DNA of 64,000 nucleotides from a virus: IMG/VR virus record IMGVR_UViG_3300046318_000491, positions 64,001 to 128,000 of that record; one strand, 5' to 3'. Shown piece by piece: positions 48,701 to 57,400 of this stretch (position 1 is its first letter; each line of letters starts with the position of its first letter). The notes under the pieces were generated by a model. It saw only the letters and a program-made list of their open reading frames with translations, ran no database searches and was not told where the DNA came from. The position numbers and the translations under genes were made by a program.

Positions 48701-50574
48701 ACTAGGTCCTTCTGCCATAGAAGCGACATGCGACCGCTGGCAGTTACATTTACGATGCCATCTACTTGCTTAAGCACATTGTTTAGGTCAGCTCCAGCTA
48801 ATTCTACTACCGGTGGTGGGGTGGCCGACTTAAGGTCCATAAGGACCTGGTCATTAGAAACCCACTTACCCTCTTCACGCTTGTAAGTAGCTGGCTCAGT
48901 GGAGGCCGCGGTCTTAGGGACAATCGCAACCAAGTCCATAACCGCACTAGGATCTTCCTGAGTGACGATAGCTAGGTATTTAGGGGTGACATCAGAAGTC
49001 TCCGGGTCCAGAGCTTTTTCAACTTCAGGGCCTGCAGCAGTTATAGGGTCAGCCGCGTCATAGCGGTCAGAGATACGCTTCTCGTCTTTAGAGTCGATTG
49101 ACTTGTAGCTGCTACGCTGAGAAGAAACATACTTACCCCAGTCATTGAGCAGGGAGCCTAGCATCTCGCGAGTCATCGGTGGAAGTGTTCCAGGTAGGTG
49201 AGCTGCTGGCTGATTAATAGGAGTTCTAGGCTCTCCTAGAATTCCAGAAACATCTAGTGGCTCGCCAAACTTAAAGTCGCGGAATGGGGCAGCAGGCTTA
49301 ACTCGGCCGCCTTCCTGAGCGGTCTGTTTGGCATCCACGTCAATAGTATTACCGCTGTCTAGCTTTACCGAAACCTTACCGGTAGCGTTATCTACAGCAG
49401 TGATCTCGCCAGAACCGCGTTCCGCGTCACCGCCTACAACTACTCGATTCCCAGCCTTAGCGAACAGGCCACCCGCATCGCGAACCTGAGAGGAAGCACG
49501 AGCTGACCTCTCGTCAGGAGTATCCACTCCGTCTTGATTGTTGCCGGCTGAAGGCGACTTAGATGCAGCAGCAGTCATTGCGCGATCAACTAGAGTCCAG
49601 TCGATTGCTTCGAGTGCATCAGAGACCATCTGAGCCTCTTCGGGGTCGATAGCCTCTAGCGGTACTGGCGAGCCCGGGGTCTCATTCATAATCGCAGAAA
49701 GCACGATAGCTGAACTTGGGTCAATAACTACGTGAGTCTTCTCGCAATTGTCGTATGCATCGTCGAGAGCCTTGTCATAGGTATAAATATCGCTATCCAC
49801 GTGGCCTAGGTTATCCCAGCAGCAGTCGTCCCAGACATGGACGCTACCGTCTAGCTCGACCTTGTAGAGTCGGTCAATGCCTTCTCCGTCATGACGAATA
49901 CGTGCAATAAATTCAGGACCATAGTTTTCATCTAGCTCGTTGATGACCTTAAAATCATTCTTTGGAGTAGAGTAATCTTCAATAGCAGCTTCATAGCCGG
50001 GAATTTCGTAGCCACCAGCAGTAAGAGCTTTTTTGTTTTCACGCTCTACGATTGCAGCAGCCCAACGCTGTCCAGCATCTCCACCCCAGAGCGCCCAAGC
50101 GATTCGGCCGTTAGATGGGAAGTGCTCTTCGCCTGGTGCCCAGCCCTTGCCCTTTTTGTCAACTTCGTGACGAGGGAAGTACTTAGCGATGTGGCGAATC
50201 TTCTCGATACCAATCTGGCCACCCTTTGCAAGAGTGCGTGCAGTGTTCAAGCCGACAGGTGTTCCGCCACGCTTTGCTTCACGACGCCAGTTAAGAGCTT
50301 TTTTAGCTTCTGCCTGAACACCACCAGGAATGGTGTACATACGGGTCGATGAGGCAACAATAGTCTCTACGTTCGATGTAACAATAGCCGCTGAGACAAG
50401 GTCATACAGTTCGTTGGTTAGTGGGCTGTTCCCATCCGCCCATTCGCGTGAAGCCGATAGTTCAGAGACGTCACCGGTTTCAACTACTAGATTTAGGGTA
50501 GTGTCAATTACTACACCTTTAGAGTCGCCGCCAAATAGTGCTAGCGAACCATTCGAACCGATGAACTGCAACAT
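45706..50574 (-). CDS. Capsid maturation protease polyprotein (multi-domain head protein)
   Basis: Protease-like core GDGRKF...LPLPL.WQ...GH.GS.VVG.I...GVSADL; second HIAAW...SGDWR domain; AWALWGGD domain; YW..GKGAAKIRWG domain; two PDGSFPI/PNGMLPI repeats. Confidence 0.8.
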   Translation of the reverse strand: MLQFIGSNGSLALFGGDSKGVVIDTTLNLVVETGDVSELSASREWADGNSPLTNELYDLVSAAIVTSNVETIVASSTRMYTIPGGVQAEAKKALNWRREAKRGGTPVGLNTARTLAKGGQIGIEKIRHIAKYFPRHEVDKKGKGWAPGEEHFPSNGRIAWALWGGDAGQRWAAAIVERENKKALTAGGYEIPGYEAAIEDYSTPKNDFKVINELDENYGPEFIARIRHDGEGIDRLYKVELDGSVHVWDDCCWDNLGHVDSDIYTYDKALDDAYDNCEKTHVVIDPSSAIVLSAIMNETPGSPVPLEAIDPEEAQMVSDALEAIDWTLVDRAMTAAASKSPSAGNNQDGVDTPDERSARASSQVRDAGGLFAKAGNRVVVGGDAERGSGEITAVDNATGKVSVKLDSGNTIDVDAKQTAQEGGRVKPAAPFRDFKFGEPLDVSGILGEPRTPINQPAAHLPGTLPPMTREMLGSLLNDWGKYVSSQRSSYKSIDSKDEKRISDRYDAADPITAAGPEVEKALDPETSDVTPKYLAIVTQEDPSAVMDLVAIVPKTAASTEPATYKREEGKWVSNDQVLMDLKSATPPPVVELAGADLNNVLKQVDGIVNVTASGRMSLLWQKDLVSLVASLAATTEHAAEDPCWDGYKQIGFKDKNGKHVPNCVKAASAVAAAGGLDRNRGNAEELRQYWTTGKGAAKIRWGTPGDWTRCVRHLSKYMGVRAKGYCQLRHKEATGVYTGSRMNPGNEASSYSSETFDLAIIEASALAARAAEVRERFTGLVASAGDAGSKFIIPLLIPENMESGDGRKFDANAIEIRELPLPLLWQIKTGEGHNGSVVVGRIDYMERIENGIGNAYGVFDTGPYGREAERLVRNGFIRGVSADLDQFEAKEDKPEVTENAEGPEDIGKQKLTINHARVMAATIVAKPAFQECTISVEDNAAGIQEETMVPEDGIYEESVDTFVAEEALIASGFLDSEIPVTPPTEWFQNPGFKKATPMTIDPDGKIYGHIAAWHVNHIGMPRSTRPPRSKSKYAYFHTGVVRTLSGADVPVGQLTLAGGHASLQADARAAAKHYDDTASAIADVHAGEDDYGIWVSGSLRPDATEAQIRALRASAPSGDWRPINGQLELVAVCQVNVPGFPIARALVASGKVFALVAAGAHYMAVMKSDAVMSLVERANRMSELSMTTAALDIDSRLAAAKHKVWADFAALNRDQRMALAEEGKALPDGSFPIQNVEDLRNGIQAYGRAKESHKADVKKHIKKRARQLNARHLVPEEWNKESSMLASAKVDELRHKALIAAAAAELSKISGEELESLIASGGAMPNGMLPIRNEGDLKNALQAYNLLKGAACAPARKHITKRARALKQFNLIPQEWKSASTREAAASVEKMRSVIASITELADTPKEISESDLEKLKEVKAEADKQTEEEIKIAEDIRTGKTTAKEVYDEEGRSKYTPVTQPRDARGKYRKVLARLKQNLGATGLQDALQKVQHAEDMDFAGNYLESTKASTELLGLIDRIDSKALNAESLENVKATAAELGKVISNLPLPFGSENDKLKFSDLPAGLKSLMKDMITRVEAKIGKEDGAIATQELKSYMSGADVYSQAEVQSQMATLLRLLT

Positions 50575-50577
50575 AGT

Positions 50578-50940
50578 TTAGTTATCCTCTGCTGGAACTT
50601 CAGAATTAGATCGGAGTAGTTCAGCATTTTCTTTTAGAACGTCTAGGGTTAACTCGCCACTGTCGTAAAGCTTAAGAGCTTTAGGGGTAATAGAGTCGTA
50701 GTTATCGAAATCAAATTCATCGTTGATAACAATTGACTTGTCTGCTGACCAGTCAAGCTGATACACGTCGTCTCCGGACAACTCGTCAATACGGCTGTCC
50801 TCGCGAGTAGTGGGGGCCCAGTCGGAATCTACACGATCTAGGATGCCCAGCGGGGTAAAGCAGTATGCAGCATCGATTGCCTGAGTTTCTGGGTTTACGT
50901 AGAACCACACATCGATGACGCTGCTAGTTGGTTGTGCCAT
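50578..50940 (-). CDS. Acidic hypothetical protein
   Basis: Probable start MAQPTSS (ATG 50940); Asp/Glu-rich. Confidence 0.6.
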   Translation of the reverse strand: MAQPTSSVIDVWFYVNPETQAIDAAYCFTPLGILDRVDSDWAPTTREDSRIDELSGDDVYQLDWSADKSIVINDEFDFDNYDSITPKALKLYDSGELTLDVLKENAELLRSNSEVPAEDN

Positions 50941-50995
50941 TTTTATTCTTTCTGCGCAGGAAAAGGCGAAGTATTCCATTCACCATGGCTAATCT

Positions 50996-51006
50996 CTATT
51001 TTAGCA
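50996..51006 (-). promoter_or_regulatory. TGCTAAAATAG extended -10 phage promoter motif
   Basis: Intergenic, upstream of the 50940 ORF and protease gene. Confidence 0.5.
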
Positions 51007-51222
51007 CTATTTATCGTTATTGTTATTAGGGTCTAGCGGTAACTTGTTTAGTTCGCGATATACGATCTCTTCGGTGGCTTCAGGGATCTGAAAAATTAGG
51101 GCAGAGAGCTCTTCGTCTGACAGCTTCTCTAGATCAAGGATGCCACCAACTTGACCCTTTTCATCAGAGATATCTAAAGTGTAGGGAAACTTAGTCTTAA
51201 ATAGGCGCGGTGGGTTAGACAA
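51007..51222 (-). CDS. Small acidic protein (possible immunity/partner)
   Basis: TTG start overlapping the upstream gene after AGGAG; 71 aa. Confidence 0.5.
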   Translation of the reverse strand: MSNPPRLFKTKFPYTLDISDEKGQVGGILDLEKLSDEELSALIFQIPEATEEIVYRELNKLPLDPNNNNDK

Positions 51223-51478
51223 CTTCTTCTCCTCTGGACTCGACGCGGTCTAGGAATGCTAGTACTTCATCTGAAAGGCCATCCAAGGATGTAGAAGCAG
51301 GGTCTAGCATATTCATCTCTTCAATTATTGACTTTTTAAAGTCATAAGAAGTGTAAAAATAGCCAATGTCATTGGCAGTTTTGTCCCAGGTCTTTCCATT
51401 ACGGCTATAAAAGTCCGACTCTTCAGCCATATGAAGAGCTTCACCAAACCTGTGAGATAGAAGTTTATTTTCAGTCAT
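51215..51478 (-). CDS. Small acidic protein (possible immunity/partner)
   Basis: AGGA RBS; immediately follows the ART-like domain. Confidence 0.6.
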   Translation of the reverse strand: MTENKLLSHRFGEALHMAEESDFYSRNGKTWDKTANDIGYFYTSYDFKKSIIEEMNMLDPASTSLDGLSDEVLAFLDRVESRGEEVV

Positions 51479-51492
51479 ATGCCAATCCTACA

Positions 51493-54429
51493 CTAAAATT
51501 TCTCTACTTGAAGTACGCCTCGGTTAAAGAAAGTAAAGTAGCTCGTGCCGCCACCCATGATAATTTCAATACCGTCAAACCCGAGTAGACCAGCGATATT
51601 GCTATAGTTGCTTCCATTTTGATTAAACGCAGGGAACGATGCTCTGATTTTAGCTACTTCATTGGCAATTTCATCTGAGCCAAGATCCAAGTCTGGGAAC
51701 ATTTCGTTCTGAACTTTCTCTTGAAGCAACTTAATTAGCGCATTGTCAATCATATTGACATCTATACCACTGGCGTCCGTTGCTGCCTTAGCAGGGTCGA
51801 CTAACTTACTACTAGACGGTGTCGGCCTACCGGACTGGTCCATAACATAGATCTTTGCTTCTGGTTTAATCGCCATGTTAAGAACCCCTCCACCGCTAGA
51901 GTACCCACTAGCAGTTGATCGGTCAGTAGCGGCATACAAACCATCGCCGTACATTTTGGTAGATGAATAGTAAGGAACGTCATCCTCTACAAACTTCATC
52001 ATCAAGTCTTTGGCTGAGTCATTCCTGTGAGGAGAGATTCCTCGGAACAGCTTAGGTAGAGCTGGATCTAGCTTGTCCACTAGCTCTGGCTTATTGGTCT
52101 GAAAACCTAACCAGCGAGCAATCTTGTGACCCTCTTTAGGACCGAAACCAGCGAGGAATCCGTGTGCGCCATCAGCGTCTTCAGGCGAGCCCTTCTGAAG
52201 CTCTTCTTCGTGTAGATCTAGGAAGTCAAGGATCTTCTTAAAGAATCCTGCCTTCCCTTCTCGCCACTTCTTGCTTATCTGACGCTTGGTTAAACCCTTA
52301 GACTTTAGAAGTTCACGGAACCACTCAGGGGCCTCGCCGGTTAGAGCATACTTAGCAAATAGCTCGGCAAAGTCCTCGGTCTCATGATCCGCGCCGCGGC
52401 CACTGATTGGAGCAGTTCTAATGCTCTTCTCTGTTGAGGCGGGGGCTGCGGCTGCTGGCTTAGGAGTTGCAGCAGTGTCTAACCCTAAACGAGTAAGAAT
52501 ATCGTCACGTCGGTTCTTAAGGGTATTCTGCAACTGAGCCTTGACCACTGGGTCAGAAATTATCTGATCAACCAGGCTATCAATGTCCTGCGGCGTAATC
52601 TGCTGAAGAATGGCAGCACTGTCTACCTTCTGCTGCTGAGTCATATCGCCAAAGACCTGAGCCACACTGTAGCCCGAATTTTTGTCGACAAATGAGTCTA
52701 GCTCTATAACAGTGTCGCTAAACAAAGTACCCTTAGGAGCACCCTGAGCACGGAAAAGCAAGGAGCCGCCAGGATCTACGCGAACGGGGGTGCCATTAGC
52801 ATCGGTAAGAATATTACCCTGACTTATGCTAGCCCCGATAACGTCCCAGTTGGCTAGCCATGCATCCATAGCGAATCCGCGCTGAACTTCAGCAAGATAC
52901 TTAGGGTCTTTTATGCGCGTGGCAAGGTCGTTAGTGCTTCCAGGAAGTATGTGCGAATAAGTAATGTCCGCGCCGTTTTGGTTTCCCGGGAGAATAGACA
53001 CAGCCCCGATGCCGGCTAGGTTGTAGAACGCAGCAGCTAAGCGCTCGTTCTCTCCGTGAAGCTGAGATTTAGGGACTTTTAGGTATATAGAGTCACCCGA
53101 GACAGGGTCGGTGTACGTTCCACCAGGATTCGAGCCAGCCTGTGGGCCGGTCTGAGTCCAATTACTTACATCTCGCTTATTAAACTGTTCGCGTAGCACA
53201 TCGGCAGTAGTGGTGGAAAGAATAACGTCAGCTGGCCTAGGCGTGGCATCGTCAGGGATTACTTCATAGTCACCGCCACCATACTTCGAGATATCTGCTA
53301 GAAGCTCGGATTCACCGTTGCTAGTAGGGCCGCCCCAGTAGCGGTGCTGGATCTTGTGACCAGCCTCGTGGGCAATAACATGGCTATAAGCTTCGTCACG
53401 TGTAGTGATATCAGTAGACCAGTAGGAATCTGGACGACCGATATTGTCAGCTTCTTTATTGAGACGCTGCACGTATAGATTGATGAAGTCAGAGGTTGAA
53501 TAAGTAAAGCCAATAGTCTTATCATTCAGCTGAGAGCTAATATCGGCCGGAACCAAGCTCTTCTCCGAAAGAAGGTTAATCTTTACGGCTTCTTTGTAGA
53601 GTCCACCCTTTTGGAGGTTGCGGATACCTAGAAGAGTGGCCTTAACATCTTCAAGACTTGCCTTTGGTACGAGCGAGCCAGCAGGGGCTTCCGTATCCAT
53701 GTGGATGTGGATCTCGTGCTTACTTGATGTATTCACAACTCGAATGAAAGACTTGGCTGCATTAGTGCTACGGTCGTTTAGGTCTTTAGCTGCTTTTACG
53801 GCAGCACGGTACTTAACTTCAGAATCGCTTAGGTTGTATTTCTTATAAGTGTTTGAGTAAAGCTCCTTTAGGGATTCTCCCTCGAGCTTTGCACCCTGAA
53901 TTTCCCAGCCTGGTTCGTTGTTGAAGTAGTCAATTTTTGGCATGTTGGTACGGAAAGCTACCTTAGCCTCTTCAAATGCCTGATCTACAGTTTTAGCTGC
54001 AGTACCGCTGCGAGTAAGCCCTAGAAACTTAGCATTAACGCGAGCAGTACCTCGGGCAGATAGGAAGTCATCACCTTTATATGGGATAGGGGTGAAGGCT
54101 TCACTCGGGTCGAAGCTGTCGTAGTGGAACTGGAACAACGCAGTCAACGCATCGACATACTGGTCTTCATCGCCAGCATTTCTAGCAATTCGGACATCGC
54201 TTAATAGATCAGTAAATGTCTCATGGTTATGACGAGCAGGGATGGTTTCAAACATCTTCTGCTCTACAGCATTGAGAATTTTCCAGTCTGGATTAGACGG
54301 AACATTTCTTGGACGACCGACTCCACGCTTTTTAGGGGTACGAAGCTTTGACAAGTCAAAGTTTCTAGTAGAAGGAGTCTTTACCGGGGCTGAGCCTGCT
54401 CCATCGGAGCTCGAGTCAGCCCGATTTAT
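51493..54429 (-). CDS. Multi-effector extension (zincin metallopeptidase, PI3K/HipA-like kinase, ART-like domain), probably translated by -1 frameshift
   Basis: HEAGH + EDFAELF; GSNPGG..YLK..ENE..DAWLANWD..N..VDPGG; FRG..YGDGLY.A..A.GY..GFDGI; frame is open up to the slippery site. Confidence 0.75.
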   Translation of the reverse strand: MNRADSSSDGAGSAPVKTPSTRNFDLSKLRTPKKRGVGRPRNVPSNPDWKILNAVEQKMFETIPARHNHETFTDLLSDVRIARNAGDEDQYVDALTALFQFHYDSFDPSEAFTPIPYKGDDFLSARGTARVNAKFLGLTRSGTAAKTVDQAFEEAKVAFRTNMPKIDYFNNEPGWEIQGAKLEGESLKELYSNTYKKYNLSDSEVKYRAAVKAAKDLNDRSTNAAKSFIRVVNTSSKHEIHIHMDTEAPAGSLVPKASLEDVKATLLGIRNLQKGGLYKEAVKINLLSEKSLVPADISSQLNDKTIGFTYSTSDFINLYVQRLNKEADNIGRPDSYWSTDITTRDEAYSHVIAHEAGHKIQHRYWGGPTSNGESELLADISKYGGGDYEVIPDDATPRPADVILSTTTADVLREQFNKRDVSNWTQTGPQAGSNPGGTYTDPVSGDSIYLKVPKSQLHGENERLAAAFYNLAGIGAVSILPGNQNGADITYSHILPGSTNDLATRIKDPKYLAEVQRGFAMDAWLANWDVIGASISQGNILTDANGTPVRVDPGGSLLFRAQGAPKGTLFSDTVIELDSFVDKNSGYSVAQVFGDMTQQQKVDSAAILQQITPQDIDSLVDQIISDPVVKAQLQNTLKNRRDDILTRLGLDTAATPKPAAAAPASTEKSIRTAPISGRGADHETEDFAELFAKYALTGEAPEWFRELLKSKGLTKRQISKKWREGKAGFFKKILDFLDLHEEELQKGSPEDADGAHGFLAGFGPKEGHKIARWLGFQTNKPELVDKLDPALPKLFRGISPHRNDSAKDLMMKFVEDDVPYYSSTKMYGDGLYAATDRSTASGYSSGGGVLNMAIKPEAKIYVMDQSGRPTPSSSKLVDPAKAATDASGIDVNMIDNALIKLLQEKVQNEMFPDLDLGSDEIANEVAKIRASFPAFNQNGSNYSNIAGLLGFDGIEIIMGGGTSYFTFFNRGVLQVEKF

Positions 54430-54450
54430 TTTGGGCCGCGGTTCGCCCCC
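54387..54450 (-). promoter_or_regulatory. Programmed -1 ribosomal frameshift signal
   Basis: GGGGG-N10-C CCA AAA-TAA ATC-GGGCTGA..GCTCC GAT GGAGC..TCAGCCC. Confidence 0.8.
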
Positions 54451-57400
54451 ATTTCGACGACTTCGATGTGTTCATCGCCGTTTTGATCCATGTAGTAGAC
54501 ACCCAGCCCTGGGTCTCCACCGTCCAGAGCATCTAGCTCAACAATTTCTGCAACGCTACCTAGATAATCGCCGTCTTCACTATACCAAGCGTCACCGGTG
54601 TCCATAGATGCAACGTTTCCTACAACAGGGGCAGCTGGTGTTTGATCGTCAGCTGATACGCCACTGTTACCTAGGTACGGGACGGCTGGTGCCGGGTCAG
54701 CGTCATCGCCATCGTCATCTGGGCTAACACCGGCAGAGCCGGCATCAGACTTACGACGCTCAACGTCTCCGAAGTCCACAACACTAGCGAGTGAAGGGAG
54801 GCCACGTGCAGCAATCATAGCTGCACCCTTAGGTGAAGGAATGTAGTCGGTCGGGGTTGAGTCCTCATTGTCGGTTCCAGTTAAACGGTCCATGTACTTG
54901 GTAGCAAGAATATTAGCTACGGTGCCATTAGCAAAGCGCACGCGAGCAGTATCCTGATACCCAGCTACAGAAGGGTTTAGAGCAATGATAGTACCGACAG
55001 ATTCTTCACCCTGTGAGTTATAGTAGCGAACCTTGTCACCCTGCTCGATGATCGTGCGGCCATTTCTAGATGCCCATGGGCGACGCTGAATGTCTCGGAG
55101 GTCAAACCCTTCAGACATCAATTGCTTCTCTAGCACACTTGGCAACTGCGCAAATTTGGCTTGCTGCGGGTGACCAGAGTAGCGAGTCTTAATTCCAGAC
55201 TTTAACTTATTGATTAGAAGACTACGCGAGCCTTCGTTGTCTGGTAGGTGGCCTAGTGCCTGAACCAAGGTCTGTAGAACCTGATCACCGTCAGTGTCAT
55301 AGTCATTCTCTAGTACTTCCCAGAAATTCTGTAAGTAGTTCTTTAGAACAGATCCATAGGTCTTGCTGTTCTTTGCAAGGTTAAGCTCGCGTGGGCGACC
55401 TTCTAGGAATTTATCAACTAGCTCGTCTGGAGTTAGAAGCTTGAACGAGGTCTTAGTGTAATCCTCTGGAGTGAAGGCACGTCCAGCTGCAGACTTGTTG
55501 CGGAAGAAACGGACACGACGCTCTAAAGGCGACTTCTCTCCAAACCACTTACGTAGTTCCTCTGATTTAGGGTTTCCAGGAGTAGAACGGCCTAGAAGCT
55601 GGTCACGAAATACGTACAAACCATTCTTTTCGCCGAATAAGCCCTTGAAAGAGTCCTTGTAGTCGTAGTGGTAGAAGGTTTGCTCTTCGCCAGTAGCCAA
55701 GTCCTTGAACTTATAACGTTCCATAAACTTGTTGTCGAAAGTTCGCTCTACGGCTGTTTCGTACTGATATGTTTTACCGTCATTGTCAGTGAATTGGGAG
55801 CGCTCGATGATGATAGCGTCGTCTGATCCAATAACTGCTTGAGGAAATTCTTCTAGCAAACCGTTGACGATTGCATCTGGATCTTCAGCCGGAACTGACT
55901 TTCCGTTCTTAACCTGCATAAGAGGCTTACCATCTTCGCCGAATAGCGGGGTAATCTTTTTTGCGCGAAGCTCGTCCTGAGGGGTAATTCCAGGAGAAAC
56001 GTACTGCCCCTTATCTGCGCGAGTCTTTTTTGCTGCCGCGATTGCACTGCCCTTAGGGGTTTTAGTTCCAGAAGGCTTAGTAGTGGTTCCGTCGCTGTTC
56101 TTAGTCCCCTGAGACTTAGCCTTAGCAACCTTAACCTTTGGAGCTGCTGGTGTCTTTGTTTTTGCAGCAGGAGCGGCAGGTGCTGATGGTGCTGTCGGGG
56201 CATTGTCTGGTACCGCTGGCTGTGCAGCAGGTGCAGCAGGTGCAGCAGGTGCTGCATTGTCAGACGGGCGGTCAATGTTAGCCTGCTGGCTACGGCTGAA
56301 GGTTTCCATGCGAGTCTTGCCATCTTCATCAACAAAAGTGACTCGGGTGGCTGGTTTGCCGTTGAAGTCAACAGCATCGTTAGAGACCTTAGTTACATCA
56401 CCGCGGAAGATTCCGTTAGTGCTGTACAGCTTATCGCCATTTTTGACATCTGTAGCATTAATAAATTTAGATGTACCTGGAGCTGTAGGAACCGGAGCAG
56501 CTGGAGCGGTATCTGCTGGCTTAGCCGCCTTGTTCGCGGTAGGCTTTGCTGGTGCAACATCCTGGTAGTCGGTGATAGCTTTAACTTCGTCATCATTGCT
56601 GATCTCTAGGTCGCGGCGGTTGCCCTTGTCATCTACCGCTGGGATATTGATAGCTGTCTGGTCCGAGTTCCAGTCTGCATCACCATCAAGCTTGAGGGTG
56701 TCAAGAGTCTTAGGGTCGATAATGTAGTCGCCCTTCTTAAGGTCAAGACCAAACTTGTACTCCTGCTGTAGGGGCTGAATGTTAAAGTCCCAACCAGAGC
56801 CCGCTGGAGCCTGAGCTGCATTAACTTTATTTAGAAGATCATCAAGACTAGGAACTTCGTCACCATAAGCAACATCTCCCATGATGTCTTTCACTATGTC
56901 ATCAACCGAACTGACGGGAGCTGCGTCAGGAGTAGTGGCACTTTCAGCTGGAAGAACATCCATGTCGCCATCAGCAAGATCTTTTATGTTGCTAGCAGGG
57001 ACTTCTTTACCGCCAGCCGAGTCCCGACGCCATGTGTCAGGACCGGTCTTGGTGGCGGTAATCTCAGCGCCGCCCTTGCCGTCGGTGTTTACGCGGTCCT
57101 TAAGCTTTACAGTAGTACCTACTGGAGCTTCATCAATTGCCTTATCGTTGGCAGCCTTTCGAGCGTCGTACGCAGCTCCCGGGGCAGCAGCATCTCCAAG
57201 GTCATGACCAATAAGCTTTGCAACCTCGTCTTGAGGCATAAGACCTTCTGCCCCCGGAGCAAGCTTCGCAAGAGGTGACTTGTCACGCTCGGACTGAATG
57301 GTTGCCTTCTGGTCATCGGTAGGAGCGTCAGTAGCAAGTTTGATATCTGACTCGGTTGCAGGACGACGGTTCATGTCCGCTATATCCTGAATGTCAGAGT

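Noticed and set aside
54352-54354. TTG at 54354 as the true start of the effector ORF
   Set aside because: No SD upstream, and the frame continues to a complete frameshift signal; independent initiation is disfavoured but not excluded
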